Assembly: GCA_031386075.1 (NCBI GenBank)
Contig: JANNCA010000264.1
Span: 1-32,883, forward strand
Source: Oligoflexia bacterium
Lineage (GTDB): Bacteria; Bdellovibrionota; UBA1018
Direction: 5' to 3'
Length of the DNA: 32,883 bases
Made by a program: the position numbers and the translations under genes
Notes under the pieces: model-generated
The model's database searches: none
Told to the model about the DNA's origin: nothing
The model's input: the letters and a program-made list of their open reading frames with translations, nothing else
Shown here: in pieces, positions 24,222-32,883 of the stretch
Layout: every line of letters begins with the position of its first letter
Position numbering within the stretch: the stretch's first letter is position 1

Positions 24222-27200
24222 TCCCAATACCCTTCCTTGAGCCAGGCTGAACGGAGCTTCTGAATGGGTAATCTCAATAACGATCGATCCGAAGGAGAAC
24301 CTTCGAGCAAAACTTCAAAACGATCATGGGGTTCAACCTTCCCTAGCCTAATAAAAGGTATACCGAGTTCTCTCCACTCGGCCTCCACTCCGACACCCTC
24401 TTCATCGCTTAAGCTCGCAATAAAAGTATGAAAACCTTCACCCCAGGCCAATTCCCAAGCATTCCGCTCTGGAGGGAGGGTCAGGGTCGCCCCCCATCCT
24501 CGAGCCAAAAGACACTCTGCCACAGCAACCAAAACTCCTCCATCTGATACGTCATGAAGAGACTTCAACTTGTTTTGCTGCTTACCTTGAGTCCCGCCGA
24601 TCCAGCTGTAAAGACGCCGAGCGACATTCCACAATGGAGTTCCTACCCGCAGGGGTATTTCAGAAAAATCAGAATGCAAATCTAAAAATTCTGAACCCAA
24701 TAAACCGAGTTCGGAAGGCCCCAAAAGATAAATCCAATCACCCACAGTTTTAAAATCCGCGGTTCTCGCAAATTTAATATCGGCCACTCGGGCCACAGCC
24801 GTCATCAGCAAAGTGGGCGGAACAGAAATTGAAATGGGCTGTCCATTTCGCTTACCCCGAAAATCATTTTTCATACTGTCCTTGCCCGACACAAGGGGAG
24901 CCGACAAGGCCAATGCGGCATCTCGTAAACCATAGCAAGCTCGAACGAGCCAACCACATTTCAAAGGATCCCCAACCGGATCAGGCCAACAAAAATTATC
25001 GACAAGCGCCAGGACAGATTCTCTCTGCCCAAACTCTGCTCCAACACAAAGAACATTTCGCACGGCCTCATCGACAGCAGATTGAGCCATAATAAAAGGA
25101 TCAATATCGGAAAGTTTTGGATTAATTCCGCATCCCACGGCGAGCCCAATATCTGAAAACGGCTTGGGCTTCACAACCCCAGCATCATTAGGGCCACTCC
25201 AGGAGGAGGGTGTTCCAGCGAATGCAGTATGAAGGGGCTTCACAACCGACATCCCCTGCACTTCATGGTCGTATTGACGAATTAACCATTCTTTAGAAGC
25301 GATATTCGGACGCGACATCAAACCCAAAAGAATATCGGCTGCCAACAGCTCAAAAGACCTCAAAGATTCCGGCGTATTCTCAATAGCCACCGATCCCACT
25401 GAAGTCACCCCAGCGGGGGGACTCTTCCACTCCGCCTTCAGCTCAAGACGAGGAACACCCCCATGAAGAAACTGAAGGTCTAGACTCGCAACAATTTGTC
25501 CTGCGTAAGCAATTTCAAATCGCCCTGTGTTTGTAAATTCACCTAGATCGCTGACTTCCACCGCGCGACGTTCTGCTAAGGCAAGAAAATCGTGCTGCTT
25601 CTCGGGAGGTACTGCCACCGTCATTCGTTCCTGGGATTCACTGATGACCAATTCAAAGGGCTTCAAGCCAGAGTATTTTGTTTTAGCCAAAATGACGTCG
25701 ATCGAAGCTCCTCCTGAAAGCAAAGCCATTTCCCCTACAGATGAAGAAAGGCCTCCTGCTCCATTGTCCGTAATAGCTCGATAGAGACCCAGGTCTCGTG
25801 CCTCCAAGAGGAAATCTGCGGCCCTCTTTTGCGTCAGGGGATCTCCTAATTGGACTGCTGACAGAGGAGACGATTCATCGAGCGCGAGTGAGGAGAATGT
25901 AGCACCGTGAATTCCATCTTTGCCGATTCGGCCCCCCACCATATAGATTCGATCGCCAACGTCCACTTTCTTCACTTCACAGCGTTCATTCTGAATTTTT
26001 CGAGGCATCAACCCACCCGTTCCGCAATAAACGAGAGGTTTACCTAAATATCGGTTATCAAATACGAGAGCACCATTCACCGTAGGAATTCCGCTCTGAT
26101 TACCTCCATGCTCAACTCCTCTTCTGACCCCATCCAAAATCCGTCGAGGATGAAGGAGCCGATCTGGCAAATCTTGTGAGTAATCTGGAGGTGCCACACA
26201 AAAGACATTCGTATTAAAAATCGGTTTTGCCCCATAGCCACAGCCCAAAATATCGCGATTCACTCCGACAATCCCTGTCAGTGCACCGCCATAAGGATCC
26301 AAAGCCGAAGGAGAATTATGCGTTTCTACTTTAATACAAAAAGCATCTTCCTCATCCAATGCACAAATTCCTGCGTTATCGTCAAAGACCGAGATGAGCC
26401 AAGGCTTTGGCAACTCAGCTGTCGTTCCCGAAATGGTCGATTTAAAAAGTCCATTGATTTCGGATGGAATGGCAGGCTCATAACTATTGCCGTTATTTTT
26501 GGCACCCCGGTAAGATATTTTTGCATTAAATATTTTATGCTTACAATGCTCCGACCAAGTTTGTGCAATCACTTCCATTTCTACATCTGTCGGATCAGTA
26601 AGCCCAAGCCCTTGGCGCTTTCCTTTTTCTTCAGGACTAGAAAAGTGATCTCTTACCGCCTTCATTTCAAGTAAACTCAGGGCCCATAGCTTTCTCTGAC
26701 TGAGATCCTCAAGCTGAGAATCACTCAGAGAATCCAAGACAAGGGTTTCAGGTCGCCCAAAACTGGAGTCAGGAAACAAAGATGAACTCGAAGGCGAAAA
26801 GGATCGAATAGCTCCCCCCCCCAGCACTTTTGGCAGATCGTATTTTATTCGTTCTTGATGGAATCGATCATTCTTCTTTAATCCGTCTTCCGGGACGACG
26901 GTCCAGGTCTCAATCAATTCATTGCAAAATACTTCTCGAGCCAGATTAGCCAAAATTTCGTCATCCAGCTCGGTTCCCTCGAGAAGAAACAACCCTCCGC
27001 TCGCGGCTCGAGCTTGAGGAAGTTTTTTACCTAAAACTATTTCGAAGGCCTCCAAAAGAGTCCGCCCTCGATTATCTGTCACTCCGGGTCGAAACCTCCT
27101 TTCAATTCCCCAAAAGCTTCCCGGACGAAAGGGCGCCAGCTGCATGAGGTCTTGAAGGCCTCCTGTCTTTCCAGCTGCAGATGGCATCAGGTTGCCAGTA

Positions 27201-27418
27201 AACATCCATTGTAAAACTGGATCCCAGCAAACTTCACCCATCGCTGGGATTAATTCTTCTCGAGTCACGAGAATATCAATCCAATAAATATCCAACATCC
27301 TGGCCCAACGAAGTTTTCGACGAAGAGCGGGATTGGCCAACTCGATCCGACGCAAAATTCCTTGAGCGGGAGAATCTAAAAGATCAGGACGAACCGCAAC
27401 TTCAATTCGGGCAAACAC
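24218..27418 (-). CDS. purL: FGAM synthase synthetase subunit with extended, PurS-like N-terminal region
   Basis: 1066 aa with a GTG start at 27418, overlapping purN by 17 nt. Core motifs are SEHCKHKIF, VETHNSPSALDPYGGALTG and DNGAGGLSS. About 290 aa precede the core, and no glutaminase domain is present. Confidence 0.9.
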   Translation of the reverse strand: MFARIEVAVRPDLLDSPAQGILRRIELANPALRRKLRWARMLDIYWIDILVTREELIPAMGEVCWDPVLQWMFTGNLMPSAAGKTGGLQDLMQLAPFRPGSFWGIERRFRPGVTDNRGRTLLEAFEIVLGKKLPQARAASGGLFLLEGTELDDEILANLAREVFCNELIETWTVVPEDGLKKNDRFHQERIKYDLPKVLGGGAIRSFSPSSSSLFPDSSFGRPETLVLDSLSDSQLEDLSQRKLWALSLLEMKAVRDHFSSPEEKGKRQGLGLTDPTDVEMEVIAQTWSEHCKHKIFNAKISYRGAKNNGNSYEPAIPSEINGLFKSTISGTTAELPKPWLISVFDDNAGICALDEEDAFCIKVETHNSPSALDPYGGALTGIVGVNRDILGCGYGAKPIFNTNVFCVAPPDYSQDLPDRLLHPRRILDGVRRGVEHGGNQSGIPTVNGALVFDNRYLGKPLVYCGTGGLMPRKIQNERCEVKKVDVGDRIYMVGGRIGKDGIHGATFSSLALDESSPLSAVQLGDPLTQKRAADFLLEARDLGLYRAITDNGAGGLSSSVGEMALLSGGASIDVILAKTKYSGLKPFELVISESQERMTVAVPPEKQHDFLALAERRAVEVSDLGEFTNTGRFEIAYAGQIVASLDLQFLHGGVPRLELKAEWKSPPAGVTSVGSVAIENTPESLRSFELLAADILLGLMSRPNIASKEWLIRQYDHEVQGMSVVKPLHTAFAGTPSSWSGPNDAGVVKPKPFSDIGLAVGCGINPKLSDIDPFIMAQSAVDEAVRNVLCVGAEFGQRESVLALVDNFCWPDPVGDPLKCGWLVRACYGLRDAALALSAPLVSGKDSMKNDFRGKRNGQPISISVPPTLLMTAVARVADIKFARTADFKTVGDWIYLLGPSELGLLGSEFLDLHSDFSEIPLRVGTPLWNVARRLYSWIGGTQGKQQNKLKSLHDVSDGGVLVAVAECLLARGWGATLTLPPERNAWELAWGEGFHTFIASLSDEEGVGVEAEWRELGIPFIRLGKVEPHDRFEVLLEGSPSDRSLLRLPIQKLRSAWLKEGYWE

Positions 27419-28085
27419 AAAGCCTCCCGGCTGTTTTTGTTTCTGATGGACTAGCAGAAGACGGCAAAAGCCTTCTCAACACCGTAAATTTTTCCGGTAA
27501 AATCCAGGACAAAACTTTTGGAAAAAGTTCATGCTCGACAGCGAGTCCCCTTTTTTCAACTTCAGCCTCAGAGTCACAGTCGCCGATTGAAAAGGACTCT
27601 TGAGCGCAAATAGGCCCCGAATCCACCTGCTCCTCGACCAGATGCACCGTAACACCCGCCACCTTAGCTCCAAAGCGGTAAGACTGCCCATAGCTATTCA
27701 GGCCTGGGAACGAAGGCAATAGCGACGGATGAATATTTACAATTCGGGAATACCCGTGCGGAGACCGAAAGGCCTCTATGAGTTGAGAAGTCATCACTCG
27801 CCGGTAACCGGCCAGAACGAGGAACCTGGGCTTGATCCGATCTAATTCTTTAAGTAATAAAGTTTCGTGTTCTCTTCGGCGACCCTCAAGCGAGTCACCC
27901 TGCTCAGGAAACGGTATCGAAACACTTCGCACTCCGTGGGTACGAGCCAAACCCAAAACAGAGGCTGAGGGTTGATCTGAAATCACAGCACAAATCTTTG
28001 CCTGCAGTTTTTGATTCTCAATAGCCACTTGAACGGCCTCAAAATTAGAGCCCCGCCCAGAGGCCAGAACAACAATAGGGATCAT
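27402..28085 (-). CDS. purN: phosphoribosylglycinamide formyltransferase
   Basis: 227 aa. Motifs are VLASGRGSNFEA, LAGYRRV, NIHPSLLPSFPG and VHLVEEQVDSGPI. It shares an ATGA overlap with the purD stop (28082-28085). Confidence 0.93.
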   Translation of the reverse strand: MIPIVVLASGRGSNFEAVQVAIENQKLQAKICAVISDQPSASVLGLARTHGVRSVSIPFPEQGDSLEGRRREHETLLLKELDRIKPRFLVLAGYRRVMTSQLIEAFRSPHGYSRIVNIHPSLLPSFPGLNSYGQSYRFGAKVAGVTVHLVEEQVDSGPICAQESFSIGDCDSEAEVEKRGLAVEHELFPKVLSWILPEKFTVLRRLLPSSASPSETKTAGRLCVCPN

Positions 28086-29344
28086 GACCCAAACCTTCCA
28101 ATATCCGTTCTAAACTGCATTCCTTCAAAAGTAACCCGTCCAAGCCTTTCATAAGCTTCCTCTCGCGCTAACTCCAAACGAGTGCCCATTCCAAGAGCTC
28201 CCAAAACTCGACCCCCTGAAGTCAAAAGCTCGGATCCTTGACGTCGCACCCCTGCAAAAAAATAACTCTTTGGATTTTGATCTAAAATTCTAATCGGAAT
28301 ACCTAAAACAGGTCGCTCGGGATATCCCGGTGCTGCTCCCACGACAAAAACTGAAAAATCCTTCTTGAAAGGGACGCTCGCAGGAAGCCCGCTTAAGTCT
28401 CCACGGGCAACCGCTTCACACCAAGGCAAGAGATCTCCTTCCATTCTTGGCAAAAGCGCTTGGGCCTCTGGATCGCCGAATCGGGCGTTAAACTCAAGCA
28501 CCCAATACTGCCCGCTGGTAAAATCCACCATAAGACCCGCATAAAGGATGCCCCGAAACTCAGTCCCTTGCTTTTTCATTTGCCTCAGAACAGGCAAAAA
28601 AACTTGATTTCGAAGAGTTTCTGAGAATCCTTGAGGAATATCTGGAACTGGACTGATCGCACCCATACCGCCGGTATTGGGACCTTCATTGCGATCTAGA
28701 AGTCGCTTGTAATCCCTGACTGGCTCCAATAGAGCACATCCCTGACCATCACAAAATGCCATCCATGAAATTTCTTCTCCAAGAAGTTTCTCTTCAATGA
28801 CGAGCTTCCCAGAAATTTGAATCAACTCATGAACCGCCTGCTGGGCGTCCATAAGGGTCTCGCAAACCCGAACACCTTTGCCGAATGCCAGCCCATCCGC
28901 CTTGACCACCACACCAGAAGGCCAAGCCTCTTGCCCCAAAACTTCGAGACCTTCATCTTCGGTCTCAACGACCCAATATTTTGCTGTTGGGACTCCTGCC
29001 AATCGCATCAGCTCTTTAGCAAAAGCTTTGCTCGCTTCAATTTGTGCGGCAGCCGCACGGGGTCCAAAAGTGGGAATTCCATAGGATTCAAAAACATCCA
29101 CAATTCCATCGGCCAAGGGGTTATCGGGACCAATGACTGCCAAATCGACTTTCTCTTTTTGAGCCTTTTGCGCCAATTTCTCAAAATCCTGCCGTGAAAG
29201 AGAATCACTCCATCGCTCCCATTCTGAAGGCATACCTTCATTGCCCGGAAGAACAATCAAACGACTGACCCGAGAGGACTGAGCCAACTTCCAGCCTAAA
29301 ACGTGTTCTCTACCACCAGAACCCACAATGAGGAGGGTTTTCAT
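28082..29344 (-). CDS. purD: phosphoribosylamine-glycine ligase
   Basis: The ORF track extends to 29413. The ATG at 29344 (MKTLLIVGSGGREH) matches the canonical PurD N-terminus and forms an ATGA overlap with the purC stop. The protein has an ATP-grasp body. Confidence 0.93.
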   Translation of the reverse strand: MKTLLIVGSGGREHVLGWKLAQSSRVSRLIVLPGNEGMPSEWERWSDSLSRQDFEKLAQKAQKEKVDLAVIGPDNPLADGIVDVFESYGIPTFGPRAAAAQIEASKAFAKELMRLAGVPTAKYWVVETEDEGLEVLGQEAWPSGVVVKADGLAFGKGVRVCETLMDAQQAVHELIQISGKLVIEEKLLGEEISWMAFCDGQGCALLEPVRDYKRLLDRNEGPNTGGMGAISPVPDIPQGFSETLRNQVFLPVLRQMKKQGTEFRGILYAGLMVDFTSGQYWVLEFNARFGDPEAQALLPRMEGDLLPWCEAVARGDLSGLPASVPFKKDFSVFVVGAAPGYPERPVLGIPIRILDQNPKSYFFAGVRRQGSELLTSGGRVLGALGMGTRLELAREEAYERLGRVTFEGMQFRTDIGRFGS

Positions 29345-30561
29345 TGAACCTGCCCTTGAATATTCCCTAACTCTTCGACCACTTTGTCCAGACTCCAAGC
29401 CTCGGGAAACCATTTTTTACCCGTCATTTCATTGGTGAGCGCCAAATAGACTTGAGTGGCCAATTCACGATACTGTCCTGAAAGCGCAGGGGGAGGCTCT
29501 TGGACCCAACGCTTCCACTCTGAAACGCCTTGAATTTTAGCGTGGGATTTTGCTCTTTCAACCTGACTAAACCACTGAGTTTCCCGATAATAATCTCTGA
29601 GGAACTCTTTGGACAACTGGACTCCTTTTTTCAATAGTCGCAATTCATCTGGCCCAATCGCATCCACTAGAAAGCAATGCCCTTCTGGGGAAATGGCCCA
29701 TTCCAACTTTCCGTCTGCCAACTCTAACCCTGCTCGTGAAAACCAAAACTGGAGAAGGCCTGCTACCCAAACTGTTTTCAGGAGGACTTCTTGAAGTTGA
29801 GATGCACTCAGCCCTGAAATCGCCAAAGCCTCCGACAACGGAACAGGTCGATCACTGCTTTCTAGCTTCGTAAAAAGTTCGACGACAGGAAAATTCCATT
29901 GAGCCCCGACCTCAGCTTTTAATTCGGGGAAACCCAATGAGGCTAAATAGGTTGGGTCCTTTGAAGCTCTTTCTAATAGAGAACTCTTCTCAGAACAGCT
30001 GAACCGAAAGACTACCTCAAGCGGCACCAGACGTGGAGCCGGCGACTGACGAGTGAGGTAGTAATCCGGCAATGTCCGACCTAGGATACTCACCCATGAA
30101 GGCTTCACTACGGAAACCTGCCGGACTGCCAAACATCTAAAAGGTCGCGTCATCTGACTCAGCCTTCGGGGCACTTCTTTTAAAACTCCTGGCAATGCAC
30201 CTGGCAAATGCTCGGCCCGAGACTCAGATACGCCCAAGTAATGGGTCCGAAGGCCCTGAGTCTGAAGCTCTTCACCCAATTCATTAAAAATTGAACCGAA
30301 TCGATTCGCCTTCCGCAAGGTCAAGGCACCTGAACTTTTCGAATAGTCACGCCAGATTTCTGGCATTTCCATTTTTTCAAAAAAATCTGCCGCCAAAACC
30401 GCAAGGGCTTCTCCCTTTCTAGGCAAGAGGTCAGGCATTCTCCCCCAATCAAAAACGGAATAGGCATCAGAATACTCAAAAACCAGAGCGGAGATCCCAT
30501 TCGGAAGGGACACGGGTCCGAGCAAATCCTTCACTGAACCTCGATAGAGGGTGGGAATCAT
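29341..30561 (-). CDS. purC: SAICAR synthetase (long form)
   Basis: 406 aa. The N-terminus reads LYRGSVKDL...FEYSDAYSVFDWG. The C-terminal region reads LADGKLEWA...LVDAIGPDELRL. It shares an ATGA overlap with the purF stop (30558-30561). Confidence 0.85.
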   Translation of the reverse strand: MIPTLYRGSVKDLLGPVSLPNGISALVFEYSDAYSVFDWGRMPDLLPRKGEALAVLAADFFEKMEMPEIWRDYSKSSGALTLRKANRFGSIFNELGEELQTQGLRTHYLGVSESRAEHLPGALPGVLKEVPRRLSQMTRPFRCLAVRQVSVVKPSWVSILGRTLPDYYLTRQSPAPRLVPLEVVFRFSCSEKSSLLERASKDPTYLASLGFPELKAEVGAQWNFPVVELFTKLESSDRPVPLSEALAISGLSASQLQEVLLKTVWVAGLLQFWFSRAGLELADGKLEWAISPEGHCFLVDAIGPDELRLLKKGVQLSKEFLRDYYRETQWFSQVERAKSHAKIQGVSEWKRWVQEPPPALSGQYRELATQVYLALTNEMTGKKWFPEAWSLDKVVEELGNIQGQVQ

Positions 30562-32096
30562 CCGTTTGTCCTTTTTTTCATAGGACCTAACTTTCGATCC
30601 GCAGCCCTCACACTAGCGAACTGGGTTCCACCCTCAACGTTAGTCGGATATTCTCCGGTGAGACATGCCACGCAAATCGGGTCACCTATGGATTGCTTCA
30701 GTCCTTTCAAATCGAGATAGATGACAGCGTCTGCTCCGAGTTCCTTTTCAATGGTTGAGAGGTCCCTCCCGGAGGCGATCAACTCCGAACGGACCGGAAA
30801 ATCGATTCCATAGTAGCAGGGGTGCTGAATCGGTGGACAAGTCGACACAAAGTAAACTTCAGAAGCCCCTGCATTCCGAACGAGTTCGATAATCTTGCGC
30901 GAGGTGGTTCCTCGAACAATAGAATCGTCTACTAGCAATACTCGCTTACCTACGATTTCAGAGCGAACAGGAGAAAGCTTCAAATTCACTGCACTTTGTC
31001 TTTTCTCTTGAGAATCCAAAATAAACGTTCTTTTGATATATCGATTTTTAATGAGAACTTCTCTGTAGGGAATCCTGAGTTCTTCAGCCAGGGCTATGGC
31101 TGCAATACGTGAAGTTTCAGGTACCGGTACAATGAGGTCGGGTTCAATTTTTCTTTCCTTCATTTGATCTTTGATTAAATGGGCTAGATTTTTTCCCAAT
31201 TGAATCCTAGCTCCATAAACAGGAATTTGATCAATGACCGACTCAGGCGAAGCGAAGTAAACCCACTCGAACATGCAATGGCGAACTTTTTTAGACCTTT
31301 CCTGCTCAATCACTCGGGTCTGCACTTTGCCTTGCATATCAATGAACAAAGTTTCACCGGGCTGAATATCTCGCACGATCTGATAACCTAGAAAAGAAAG
31401 AGCCACACTCTCTGATGCGATCATATGGGCTTCGCCCCCTCCTGGTAAGCTCTTCTTACCCCAAATCAGAGGCCGAATTCCAAAAGGGTCCCTAAAAGCA
31501 ACTAATCCCTGATCAGCGATCACGGTGGCTACACTATAACTCCCATTCACCCGTCGGAAAATTTCAGACACCGCAAAACATATGTGCTGAAAATTGAGCT
31601 CGCTAGATTTTTCTCTCGCTTCATTAGAATCTTGGGTTCCTTCGGATTCCTGGGATTGAGATTCATTTGGAAATCGAGCTAAGCTTTCTGCAAAGAGGTT
31701 CAAAAGCACCTCGGTATCTGAATGAGTCAGGAGATGCCTCCGACCTTCCGTCTTCAGTTCCCGTGCGAGATCTTGAAAGTTAACGAGATTTCCGTTGTGA
31801 ACCATTCCCAATCCAAAGGGATAGCTGAGCAAAAAGGGCTGAACATCAATCAGATCCCCTCGACCCGTTGTACTATAACGAGCATGGCCGATGGCAAGAC
31901 TGCCCGTTAAAGTAGCAACATTTTCACGGGTAAAGACAGACTCGACCAATCCAATATTCTTGACTCGATGAAACCCTGATACATCATACGATAGGATTCC
32001 AGCCGCGTCCTGGCCCCGATGCTGAAGAGTCGTTAAACCCAAAAAAGCTTCTTGCGCCGCATCCGGAGTTCCAATGATACCTACAACACCGCACAT
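30558..32096 (-). CDS. purF: amidophosphoribosyltransferase (Fe-S type, no propeptide)
   Basis: 512 aa beginning MCGVVGI, i.e. an Ntn Cys directly after Met. The PRPP loop reads VLLVDDSIVRGTT. Cys residues sit at the positions of the B. subtilis-type cluster ligands (HCMFEWVYF, CPP..PCYYGID, CVAC). Confidence 0.95.
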   Translation of the reverse strand: MCGVVGIIGTPDAAQEAFLGLTTLQHRGQDAAGILSYDVSGFHRVKNIGLVESVFTRENVATLTGSLAIGHARYSTTGRGDLIDVQPFLLSYPFGLGMVHNGNLVNFQDLARELKTEGRRHLLTHSDTEVLLNLFAESLARFPNESQSQESEGTQDSNEAREKSSELNFQHICFAVSEIFRRVNGSYSVATVIADQGLVAFRDPFGIRPLIWGKKSLPGGGEAHMIASESVALSFLGYQIVRDIQPGETLFIDMQGKVQTRVIEQERSKKVRHCMFEWVYFASPESVIDQIPVYGARIQLGKNLAHLIKDQMKERKIEPDLIVPVPETSRIAAIALAEELRIPYREVLIKNRYIKRTFILDSQEKRQSAVNLKLSPVRSEIVGKRVLLVDDSIVRGTTSRKIIELVRNAGASEVYFVSTCPPIQHPCYYGIDFPVRSELIASGRDLSTIEKELGADAVIYLDLKGLKQSIGDPICVACLTGEYPTNVEGGTQFASVRAADRKLGPMKKRTNG

Positions 32097-32137
32097 ATGG
32101 ATTCAGGTCATAGCACAGCTACGACGCAGGAGTGCCT

Positions 32138-32362
32138 TTAATTATCCATATTTGAAAGTGGATTGATATAAAGGCGAAAAGTTTTGTCTCGATGCCGCCG
32201 AATGGCGAAAACGCCGTTCTCTCTCTCGGTCGCTAACTTTTCATAGAAAATGGGATCAATGTCAGCAATCTCCTGCACACTTTTGCCTTCATATTTGCCA
32301 AAATCAATAATCACAGAACCCTCGTCTATGATTCCTGTTACAGGACTGCTATTTGCACTCAT
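32138..32362 (-). CDS. small hypothetical protein, DUF3820-like
   Basis: 74-aa ORF between dapF and purF on the same strand. Its FGKYEGKSVQEIADIDPIFYEKL segment resembles the FGKYKG...DP.Y motif that I recall from DUF3820-type domains. That recollection is unverified. Confidence 0.5.
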   Translation of the reverse strand: MSANSSPVTGIIDEGSVIIDFGKYEGKSVQEIADIDPIFYEKLATERENGVFAIRRHRDKTFRLYINPLSNMDN

Positions 32363-32412
32363 TTCTCGAAAGCCTCCACTCTATAACCTCCAAGATTACC
32401 TGATTCCAGAAT

Positions 32413-32883
32413 CTAATCAATCAAGAATATCCCCCGGAAAACCTCTTCAGCAGGCCCCTCCATCATCACGGGCTCAAGAGGCCCCTTCCAGCTGATCTGA
32501 AGACTTCCCCCGGGCAATTGCACTTCCAGGCACCCTTGAACCCGCTTTGTTGCCAAACTGGCGACTGCCGCTGCACAGGCTCCTGTGCCACACGCCAAGG
32601 TCATACCAGCTCCTCGCTCCCACACCCGGGCTCGAATGACCTGGGGTGATCGAATTTCCACAAACTCAACATTCGTGCGATTGGGGAACCGAGAATGTTT
32701 TTCCACTTGGGGCCCCCACACCTCAACCGGAAATTCCGCCACATTTTTCACAAAAAAAACGGCATGCGGATTTCCGACGTTCACCTCATAAAAGTGAGCG
32801 GTTTCTCCATCAATCTCAATCATCTCCCCATCTGAAGAGAAGCCGCCTCCTAGCAGAGCTAACCCCATGTCGACCCTCACCTG
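32413..32883 (-). CDS. dapF: diaminopimelate epimerase, C-terminal part (gene continues past the window end)
   Basis: Open to the window edge. Motifs are GNPHAVFFV, NVEFVE, RVWERGAGMTLACGTGACAAAVA (second catalytic Cys) and VMMEGPAE. Confidence 0.9.
   Translation of the reverse strand, partial: QVRVDMGLALLGGGFSSDGEMIEIDGETAHFYEVNVGNPHAVFFVKNVAEFPVEVWGPQVEKHSRFPNRTNVEFVEIRSPQVIRARVWERGAGMTLACGTGACAAAVASLATKRVQGCLEVQLPGGSLQISWKGPLEPVMMEGPAEEVFRGIFLID

Noticed and set aside
29345-29413. A 23-codon N-terminal extension of purD (ORF track start 29413).
   Set aside because: The canonical PurD N-terminus (MKTLLIVGSGGREH) begins at the ATG at 29344, which overlaps the purC stop as ATGA. The extension would overlap the purC coding sequence.
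578-32791. About 60 plus-strand (and a few minus-strand) ORFs of 60-170 aa in the supplied track that lie inside the large genes, for example 578-775, 996-1232, 3553-3825, 12340-12582, 14752-15156, 15198-15581, 17895-18257, 21678-22136, 26318-26674 and 28817-29197.
   Set aside because: Each is fully nested in, or antisense to, an ORF with strong family motifs. Their translations are low-complexity or Ser/Arg/Pro-rich with no recognisable motif. I treated them as shadow ORFs.
1-32883. A search for tRNA/rRNA genes, CRISPR repeats, IS elements, integrases, phage genes or long direct repeats.
   Set aside because: None was seen. No intergenic gap exceeds about 194 nt, and no ORF shows transposase, integrase or Cas-like motifs other than the Cas4-like nuclease fold inside AddAB.

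Overview
Bacterial chromosomal window, almost entirely coding, with the longest intergenic gap about 194 nt. I found no tRNA, rRNA, CRISPR array, transposase, integrase or phage genes.

Right two-thirds (11059-32883) is a single minus-strand gene string: dapF (partial), a small DUF3820-like ORF, purF, purC, purD, purN, purL (with a PurS-like N-terminus), purQ, purH, a PAS/HPt/HATPase CheA-like kinase, purM, addB, addA, and a CPA2 cation/proton antiporter with two RCK_C domains. Many of these junctions are 4-nt ATGA start/stop overlaps.

Left third (1-11000) is a signalling and envelope neighbourhood:
- a HAMP-PP2C (SpoIIE-type) phosphatase
- a FecR-domain protein with a Lys-rich tail
- a membrane-embedded metallophosphoesterase
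- a receiver-like HD-GYP protein
- a small membrane protein followed by an OmpL-like porin
- a divergent module of one canonical CheY and two CheX-type phosphatases, one of them fused to a STAS domain

I do not see a clear defence island or mobile element. The most unusual items are:
1. the orphan CheY / CheX / STAS-CheX module;
2. a CheW-domain-less, PAS-sensing CheA-like kinase embedded in the purine operon;
3. an AddAB pair in which both subunits carry a Cas4-like four-Cys PD-(D/E)XK nuclease, translationally coupled to purM upstream and to the antiporter downstream.

All functional calls come from reading motifs by eye. No database search was run.
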